Assembly (NCBI GenBank): GCA_963767925.1
Contig: CAVYGB010000008.1
Location: forward strand, 288,001-352,000
Reading direction: 5' to 3'
Origin: an uncultured delta proteobacterium
GTDB lineage: Bacteria; Myxococcota_A; Polyangia; Fen-1088
Length of the DNA stretch: 64,000 bases
The notes below the pieces were generated by a model. It was not told where the DNA came from. It worked only from the letters and a program-made list of their open reading frames with translations, and ran no database searches. This document shows positions 57,572 to 64,000 of the stretch, piece after piece. How positions within the stretch are numbered: the first letter of the stretch is position 1; each line of letters starts with the position of its first letter. The position numbers and the translations under genes were made by a program.

Positions 57572-60100
57572 GTGCCCGAACCAACCCTCCCCAGCAGCAA
57601 CGACAAGGCCAGCCTCAAACGCACGACGTCCATCACCCGGGTGGGCATGGATCCGGGGACCTTCAAGCGGTCGGTGCTCGATCACCTGCTCTACACCTGC
57701 GCCCGCGAGCTGCGCGAGGCCTCGGTGCGGGATCTCTACCAGGCCCTGGCCCACACCGTGCGCGACCGGCTGGTGCACCGCTGGCTCGCCACCCAGCGGA
57801 CCTATCAGGAGCGCGACGTCAAGCGGGTCTACTATCTGTCCTCGGAGTTCCTGACCGGACGCAGCCTCGGGCTGTGCCTGCTCAACCTGGGGCTGTACGA
57901 GACGGCCGAGGCCCTGGCCGGCGAGCGCAACTTCGACCTCGAGGAGGTGCTCGACCAGGAGGGAGACCCCGGCCTGGGCAACGGCGGCCTGGGGCGGCTG
58001 GCCGCGTGTTTCATGGACTCGCTGGCCACCCTGGCCCTGCCCGCGGTGGGCTGCGGCATCCGCTACGACTTCGGGATCTTCGAGCAGCGGATCGAAGATG
58101 GCCGCCAGGTTGAGCTGCACGACAACTGGCTCCAGGGCGGAAACGCCTGGGAGCTGCCCCGCCTCGAGGACGCCCTCACCGTACGCCTGGGCGGCCGGAC
58201 CGAGATGCGCCACGATCCCGACGGGCGGCTGCGGGTGGACTGGATCTCCGCTCGCACCATCCTGGGGGTGCCCTACGACTCCTTCATCGTCGGCCACAAG
58301 GCCGACACGGTGAACACCTTGCGGCTGTGGGCGGCGCGGGCCACCCAGGACTTCAACCTCAAGTTCTTCAACGCCGGGGACTACCGGCGGGCGGTCGAGG
58401 AGAAGATCGACTCGGAGAACATCTCCAAGGTCCTCTATCCCAACGACCAGACCGAAGAGGGCAAGGCCCTCCGCCTCAAGCAGCAGTACTTCTTCGTGGC
58501 CTGCTCGGTGGGGGACATCGTCCGCCGCTTCAAGAGGGCCCACCGGGGCTTCGAGCTGTTCCCCAAACGGGTGGCCATCCAGCTCAACGACACCCACCCC
58601 TCGATCGCGATCGCCGAGCTGATGCGCATCTTCCTCGACGAGGAGGGGCTCGACTGGGACACCGCCTGGTCGCTCACCGAGCGGACCTTCGGCTACACCA
58701 ACCACACCCTCATGCCCGAGGCCCTGGAGAAGTGGCCGGTGCCGCTGCTCGAGGAGCTGCTGCCCCGGCACCTGCAGATCATCTTCGAGATCAACCAGCG
58801 CTTCTTGCGGCGGGTGCAGACGCAGTGGCCGACCGACCTCGATCGCCTGGCCCGCATGTCGATCATCGAGGAGGCCTCACCCAAGCAGGTGCGCATGTCT
58901 CACCTCGCCACCGTGGGCTCCCACAGCGTGAACGGGGTGGCCCAGCTCCACACCGACCTGGTGAAGCGGGACCTGCTCTCGGACTTTCACCAGCTCCTGC
59001 CCGATCGCTTCAACAACAAGACCAACGGTGTCTCCCCCCGCCGCTGGGTCCTCTACTCCAACCCCCGCCTCACCCACCTCATCAGCTCCCGCCTGGGCTC
59101 GGACTGGATCGACCGGGACCTGCGCGAGCTGCGCAACGTCGCCCGGCTGACCGGCGACCGCCCCTTCCTCGAGGCCCTGGGGGCGGTCAAGCGGGCCAAC
59201 AAGCGCGACCTGGCGGTGCTCGTCCAGCGGCGCCTCGGCATCGAGGTGCCGCCCGAGGCGATGTTCGTCGCCCAGGTCAAGCGCTTCCACGAGTACAAGC
59301 GGCAGCTCCTGGCCTGCTTCCAGGTCGTCGCCCATTACCTCAAGATCAAGAATAACCCGGACCTCGACGTGGTCCCCCGGGTCTACCTGTTCGCGGGCAA
59401 GGCGGCGGCCGGCTACACGATGGCCAAGCTGCATATCAAGCTCATCAACGACGTGGCGGCGGTGGTGAACAGCGATCCGGTGGTCCAGGGCAAGCTGGCC
59501 CTGGCCTTCCTGCCCAACTACGGCGTCTCTCTGGCCCAGGCCATCATCCCTGCCGCCGATCTGTCGGTGCAGATCTCGACCGCCGGCAAGGAGGCCTCCG
59601 GCACCAGCAACATGAAGTTCGCCCTCAACGGGGCCCTCACCATCGGCACCCTCGACGGGGCCAACGTCGAGATCCGGGACGAGGTGGGCCCCGAGAACTT
59701 TTTCCTGTTCGGCCTGCGCGCCGACGAGGTGACCCGCTTGCGCCAGGAGGGCTACGACCCCCAGGCCTACCTGCAGCGCAGCCCGGCCCTCAGCGAGGTC
59801 CTGGCGCTGATCGAGTCGGGCTTCTTCAGCTTCGGCGAGCCGGAGCGGTTCGCCCCCATCCTCGACAGCATCCGCTGGCACGACCCTTACATGATCTGCG
59901 CCGACTTCGAGGACTTCGTGGCCGCCGAGGGGCGGGCGGCCGAGCTGTTCCGCGACCCCATCGAGTGGTCGCGACGGGCCTTGCTCAACATCGCGGGGGC
60001 CAGCCATTTTTCCAGCGACGAGACCATCCGCAAATACGCCACCGACATCTGGGGCCTGCAGCCGGTGACCGTCGACCTCCAGCTCATCGGCGAGCGCTGA
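57572..60100 (+). CDS. glgP: Glycogen/starch/alpha-glucan phosphorylase
   Basis: LGNGGLGRLAACF, LRLKQQYFF, QLNDTHP, YTNHT, KRFHEYKRQ and the PLP-lysine motif EASGTSNMK. Confidence 0.96.
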   Translation: MPEPTLPSSNDKASLKRTTSITRVGMDPGTFKRSVLDHLLYTCARELREASVRDLYQALAHTVRDRLVHRWLATQRTYQERDVKRVYYLSSEFLTGRSLGLCLLNLGLYETAEALAGERNFDLEEVLDQEGDPGLGNGGLGRLAACFMDSLATLALPAVGCGIRYDFGIFEQRIEDGRQVELHDNWLQGGNAWELPRLEDALTVRLGGRTEMRHDPDGRLRVDWISARTILGVPYDSFIVGHKADTVNTLRLWAARATQDFNLKFFNAGDYRRAVEEKIDSENISKVLYPNDQTEEGKALRLKQQYFFVACSVGDIVRRFKRAHRGFELFPKRVAIQLNDTHPSIAIAELMRIFLDEEGLDWDTAWSLTERTFGYTNHTLMPEALEKWPVPLLEELLPRHLQIIFEINQRFLRRVQTQWPTDLDRLARMSIIEEASPKQVRMSHLATVGSHSVNGVAQLHTDLVKRDLLSDFHQLLPDRFNNKTNGVSPRRWVLYSNPRLTHLISSRLGSDWIDRDLRELRNVARLTGDRPFLEALGAVKRANKRDLAVLVQRRLGIEVPPEAMFVAQVKRFHEYKRQLLACFQVVAHYLKIKNNPDLDVVPRVYLFAGKAAAGYTMAKLHIKLINDVAAVVNSDPVVQGKLALAFLPNYGVSLAQAIIPAADLSVQISTAGKEASGTSNMKFALNGALTIGTLDGANVEIRDEVGPENFFLFGLRADEVTRLRQEGYDPQAYLQRSPALSEVLALIESGFFSFGEPERFAPILDSIRWHDPYMICADFEDFVAAEGRAAELFRDPIEWSRRALLNIAGASHFSSDETIRKYATDIWGLQPVTVDLQLIGER

Positions 60101-60106
60101 TGCCGT

Positions 60107-61141
60107 TCAGGGGGTGAACGCCTCGGCGGCGCTGGCGTCTTCTCGCTCGAACGAGGCGGTGAACACCGGCTTGCCCCCGTTTTTTCCTACCACCAGCCGC
60201 CCCGGGCGGGCCCAGGAGACCCGGGCCCCCGCGAGGGGGGCGGAGGGCGGCAGCTCCCAGGTCGTATCCTCCCGCGGGTTGTCGTAGGACGCGAGCAGCA
60301 CGAGGCGGGCCGGCTTGCGGGTGGGCGTCTCCAGGAAGGCGAGCCCCAGCCCGTCGCGCGACCAGACCGGGTCGCTGCTGATGAGGGTCCGCCCCTTGCG
60401 CGGATAGACCTGGACGCCGTTGACCGAGACGAACCCGGCCGTGGGCGAGCCGCTCACGAAGGCCAGGCGATCGTGCTTGCCGGTGAACGCGAAGCGGACC
60501 CCCTGGCAGCGGATGGCCCGCGCTCGCCGGCCGATCGGCTGGATCACGAAGAGGCGCCGGGGGCCGGCCTCGGCGGCCAGCGCCGCCGCGGCCATCTTGC
60601 TGGCCTGCTTGCTGGCGTCCTTGGCCGACGCGGTCTTGCGGGCGGCCTTCTTGACGACCTTGCTCTTGCCCTTGCGGGCCTTGCCCCGCTTCTGCACGGC
60701 GGCCGGCTTCGGCGTCTCCACCACCTCGTAGACCAGCCGGTCATCGTCGAGGAAGCGCAGATCCTTCGGCGGCTCGTCGCTTCCGGGTGCGGTGACCGCC
60801 CGGAACCGCCCGCGCTGCTGGCCGGCCACGTCGACGACCACGATCTCCCAGCGCCGGGGGCGGGCCGGGCGGGCCCGCTTCTTCCCCGGGGGGGTGGCCG
60901 GTCCGCGCACGAAGGCGGCCAGCTTGGGGGGGGCCGGCGAGAGGCGCAGCTCCGCCGGGTCGACCTTGTACTTCTGGCCCAGCTTCTCCTGGACCCGCTG
61001 CAACCACTCCCGAGGCGAGAGCTCGCGCATCTCGATCTCGGGCCAGGGATCGGGCGCCGCCGCGCCCGCACCCGTCGCCGTGGCGCTGGCCACCACGGCG
61101 AGCAGGGCGAGCGCGCCGGCGGTGGGCAGGCCCGCGGACAC
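60107..61141 (-). CDS. Hypothetical secreted basic protein (beta-propeller-like segments, Lys/Ala-rich insert)
   Basis: Signal-like N-terminus, RLAFVS, PVWSRDG...LAFLE and a KRGKARKGKSKVVKKAARK insert. Start uncertain. Confidence 0.55.
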   Translation of the reverse strand: MSAGLPTAGALALLAVVASATATGAGAAAPDPWPEIEMRELSPREWLQRVQEKLGQKYKVDPAELRLSPAPPKLAAFVRGPATPPGKKRARPARPRRWEIVVVDVAGQQRGRFRAVTAPGSDEPPKDLRFLDDDRLVYEVVETPKPAAVQKRGKARKGKSKVVKKAARKTASAKDASKQASKMAAAALAAEAGPRRLFVIQPIGRRARAIRCQGVRFAFTGKHDRLAFVSGSPTAGFVSVNGVQVYPRKGRTLISSDPVWSRDGLGLAFLETPTRKPARLVLLASYDNPREDTTWELPPSAPLAGARVSWARPGRLVVGKNGGKPVFTASFEREDASAAEAFTP

Positions 61142-61149
61142 AGCCGTCC

Positions 61150-61893
61150 CTAGGAGCGCGCGCGCCGGCGGCGATCGGAGGTGCGGGCGAAGCCAGCGGC
61201 CAGGCCGAGGCCCCCGAGGAGGAAAAACGCCGTCAGGCCGACGTCGCCGCCCGCACCACCCACCGAACATCCACCCGTATTCTGGCTGCTCCGCACGGGC
61301 GTGCCAGGGGCGGCCGTGCCGCCGGTGCCGGTCGGGGAACCCCCCGGTGCGGCGTCGCTACCGGTCGGCCGCCCTCCGTCGTCGACCGGCCGGCTGCCGA
61401 GCGAGTCGGGGCGAGCCGCGTCGGGCGGGGGCGTGTAGCCGCAGATGGCCGGGCTGTTCCCCCAGGGCACCCGTCCGGTGTAGGGCATCGGGCGCGGCTT
61501 GTCGGGCATGCGGCTGGCTTCGCAGGTGGCCGCCACCGGCATCGCCAGGGTCAGCTCGGTGTAAAACTCGGTCTTGCAGCAGGTCTCGCAGCACTCGTAT
61601 GGCATCGCCAGGCCGTAGCGGTACTTGCCGGGCGGGACGCACTCGTCCAGAAAGCCATCGGTACCGATACAGGCGTCGATGCGGACCACCTGGCCAGTGT
61701 CGACGTTCTGGCGGAGCAGGCCCCCGGCGTCCGGACAGCGCCGGCGCTGGAAGTTCGTCGGAACGATGATGAGGGTGGTGCCCAGCGGACTGACCCGGTA
61801 CTCCTGCGCCCCCATACACACAGCCAGCGCGGGTCGGGCAGCCACCGCCACCAGGGGAAAAACGAGAAGTGAGAGTAGGCGGCGGACGTTCAT
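61150..61893 (-). CDS. Cys-rich secreted protein with MYXO-CTERM-type sorting signal
   Basis: GGAGG RBS, signal peptide (ALA), a 10-Cys domain, a Pro/Gly linker, then GGCSV, a TM helix and RRRR. Confidence 0.72.
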   Translation of the reverse strand: MNVRRLLSLLVFPLVAVAARPALAVCMGAQEYRVSPLGTTLIIVPTNFQRRRCPDAGGLLRQNVDTGQVVRIDACIGTDGFLDECVPPGKYRYGLAMPYECCETCCKTEFYTELTLAMPVAATCEASRMPDKPRPMPYTGRVPWGNSPAICGYTPPPDAARPDSLGSRPVDDGGRPTGSDAAPGGSPTGTGGTAAPGTPVRSSQNTGGCSVGGAGGDVGLTAFFLLGGLGLAAGFARTSDRRRRARS

Positions 61894-62013
61894 CGGCTTA
61901 CCTCCAGGGGGGCTAATATAACGCAAGCTCGTGGATGACAAGAACCATCCCTCCCCTGAGACAAAGGAACATCCCTTGTTCTTTTCGCTAGTTAGAAGCG
62001 TATAGTGGTGAGC

Positions 62014-63138
62014 ATGAAGCCGAACTTCGTCGAGGTCGGGTTCTTCTTCGGGGTCTTCTTCGGGGTCTTCCTGGTAGCCGGCGGGATTGCCCCCGCCGGG
62101 GCGGCCGAACCCCCGACCGCGCCGGAAGGAGCGGGATTGACGCGAAAAGCCGTCATCGCCACGACGAGCTACCGGAAGCCGGGGTTGCCCGAGCTGGAAA
62201 AGCGGCTCAACCCGCTGGCCCTCGAGGTGACCCAGCGCGGCGGGACGGAGCCGCCGTTCCGGAACGCCTTGTGGGATCACCACGGCGAGGGGCTCTACGT
62301 CGACGTGGTCACCGGCGAGCCGCTGTTCAGCTCGACCGACAAGTTCGACTCGGGCACCGGCTGGCCCAGCTTCACCCGGCCGGTCGAGGACGGACGCGTC
62401 GTCAACCGGGTCGACCGCGGCCACGGCATGGTCCGGACCGAGGTGCGGTCGCGCAGCGGCGATTCCCACCTGGGCCACCTGTTCGACGACGGGCCGGCGC
62501 CGACCGGGGCGCGCTACTGCATCAACTCCGCCGCCCTCAGCTTCGTGCCGGTCGAGCGGCTGGAGGAGTTCGGATACGCCCCCTATCTGGCGCTGTTCCC
62601 CCGGCGTACGGCGGTGGGCGTGAAGGTGCTGAAGGGCGGGGCGCCCCCCCGGCTGGAGACCGCCTACCTGGCGGGCGGCTGCTTCTGGGGGATGGAAGAC
62701 ATCCTCCGCAAGATCCCCGGCGTGCTCTTCACCGAGGTGGGCTACGCCGGCGGCAACAGCAGCGCGCCGACCTACGAAGACGTCAAGAGCGGCAGCACCG
62801 GCCACGCCGAGACGGTGAAGGTCCTCTTCGATCCCCGGCGCCTCTCCTACGCCGACCTGCTGGAGAAGTGGTTCTTCCGCATGCACGATCCGACCACCAC
62901 CGACCGCCAGGGCAACGACGTCGGCACCCAGTACCGCTCGGCGATCTTCTTCACCTCACCCGAGCAGCGCCAGACCGCCCAGGTGGTCAAGGAGCGGGTG
63001 CAGCGCTCGGGCAAGTGGCCGCGTCCCCTGGTCACCGCGATCACCGAAGCGGGGCCCTTCACCCGCGCCGAGGAGTACCACCAGGATTACCTGAACAAGA
63101 ATCCCGGCGGGTACACCTGCCACTACCTGCGCGAATGA
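62014..63138 (+). CDS. msrAB: Bifunctional methionine sulfoxide reductase (MsrB then MsrA) with signal peptide
   Basis: Msr[34 protein letters not shown]. Msr[38 protein letters not shown]. Confidence 0.93.
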   Translation: MKPNFVEVGFFFGVFFGVFLVAGGIAPAGAAEPPTAPEGAGLTRKAVIATTSYRKPGLPELEKRLNPLALEVTQRGGTEPPFRNALWDHHGEGLYVDVVTGEPLFSSTDKFDSGTGWPSFTRPVEDGRVVNRVDRGHGMVRTEVRSRSGDSHLGHLFDDGPAPTGARYCINSAALSFVPVERLEEFGYAPYLALFPRRTAVGVKVLKGGAPPRLETAYLAGGCFWGMEDILRKIPGVLFTEVGYAGGNSSAPTYEDVKSGSTGHAETVKVLFDPRRLSYADLLEKWFFRMHDPTTTDRQGNDVGTQYRSAIFFTSPEQRQTAQVVKERVQRSGKWPRPLVTAITEAGPFTRAEEYHQDYLNKNPGGYTCHYLRE

Positions 63139-63207
63139 GCCGGCGGCGCCGCCAAGGCGGCGTCCTCGCTTCAGTTTTCCGCCGCGGCGGCCGAGACATG
63201 GTCAGAC

Positions 63208-64000
63208 ATGCACCGGCGAGGCAAGGCGGCGTGGGCGGCGGTTCTCGTGCTGGTCCCCACCCTCTGCCTCCCGGTCCGCGCCGGCGCCGACCAGCAGCCC
63301 GAGCCGGAGCTCTCGCCGGCCGAGCTGGGGGAGCCGGTGCTGCCGGGAGATCCGGGCGCCGACGAGGAGGCGGAGACCATCTCCCTCGAGGACCTGCTCA
63401 ACGCCACCGTGTCGACCGCCACCAAGTCGGTCCTCACCCTCGAGCAGACCCCCTCCATCGTCAGCGTGTTCCGGCGGGACGACATCGAACGGCTGGGGGC
63501 GCGCCAGCTCATCGATCTCCTGCGGTTCGTCCCGGGCTTCCTCGAGGTCTCCTCGCAGATCGAGCGCAACGTCGCCATCCGGGGGGTCCACGCCTCGTCC
63601 ACCTACCACTTCGTGATCCTGCTCGACGGCCTGCCGATGAACGACTTCCTGTTCGGCAGCAGCTCGCCCGAGAGCTTCAGCCTGGAATACGCCGAGCGGG
63701 TGGAGGTCATCCGCGGGCCGGGCTCGGCGATCTACGGGGCCAACGCCCTCATGGCGGTGGTCAACATCATCACCCGGCGGATCGACGCCGGGACCCGGGC
63801 CCGGGTGGGGGTGATGGCCGGTGACTGGGGCCAGCTCCGGGCCGACCTGACCTTCTCTTCCTCGCTGGGAGGGGATCGGGGGGTGGTGGGATCGGCCACC
63901 TTCTGGCGCCAGGGTGGCACCCGTTTTCTCCTCACGCCGGCCGAGGACATCCTCACCCCCGCCTCCGGTCAGAACACCTCCGACGGGATCCAGCCCGGCG
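63208..64000 (+). CDS. TonB-dependent receptor, N-terminal plug part (runs off window; absent from ORF track)
   Basis: Own translation: signal peptide, SLEDLLNATVSTATK...TPSIVSV...DIERLGAR...LRFVPG and ERVEVIRGPGSAIYGANALMAVVNIIT. Confidence 0.88.
   Translation, partial: MHRRGKAAWAAVLVLVPTLCLPVRAGADQQPEPELSPAELGEPVLPGDPGADEEAETISLEDLLNATVSTATKSVLTLEQTPSIVSVFRRDDIERLGARQLIDLLRFVPGFLEVSSQIERNVAIRGVHASSTYHFVILLDGLPMNDFLFGSSSPESFSLEYAERVEVIRGPGSAIYGANALMAVVNIITRRIDAGTRARVGVMAGDWGQLRADLTFSSSLGGDRGVVGSATFWRQGGTRFLLTPAEDILTPASGQNTSDGIQPG

Overview
High-GC bacterial chromosomal segment, most likely from a Myxococcota member. This is an inference from a TIGR04551-like outer-membrane protein, a MYXO-CTERM-type sorting signal and an AgmX/PglI-like domain. 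In order, the window holds: the end of a TonB-dependent receptor; a complete alternative complex III operon (actABCDEF plus an actG-like gene) followed by SCO and an A2-type caa3 cytochrome c oxidase; envelope and housekeeping genes (TPR protein, TIGR04551-like protein, mce, nagZ, sigma-54 activator, GST, ankyrin, HEXXH lipoprotein); a MoxR-DUF58-vWA/BatA operon; a two-component cluster around an S9 peptidase; secreted DUF2341/LamG and FG-GAP proteins; a tandem DsbA; an AftB-like GT-C protein; an NrtABCD-like ABC transporter; a divergent cluster of transglutaminases, DUF2126 amidoligase, circularly permuted ATP-grasp and alpha-E genes; glgP; two secreted unknowns; an exported MsrB-MsrA fusion; and the start of another TonB receptor. 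Several genes carry single-base frameshifts, very densely at about 48.1-56.4 kb. These look like read or assembly indels, so gene boundaries there are reconstructed by eye. I saw no tRNA, rRNA, CRISPR array or transposase. The best system-level candidate is the peptide-ligase/transglutaminase cluster between the nitrate-type transporter and glycogen phosphorylase. Its families are known and computationally predicted, but to my knowledge no substrate or product is established. The best non-coding finds are a 165-bp CTAG-flanked MITE-like palindrome, a 13-bp tandem array upstream of moxR, an OmpR-type direct repeat and several apparently leaderless genes. All family calls come from motif recognition, not database searches.
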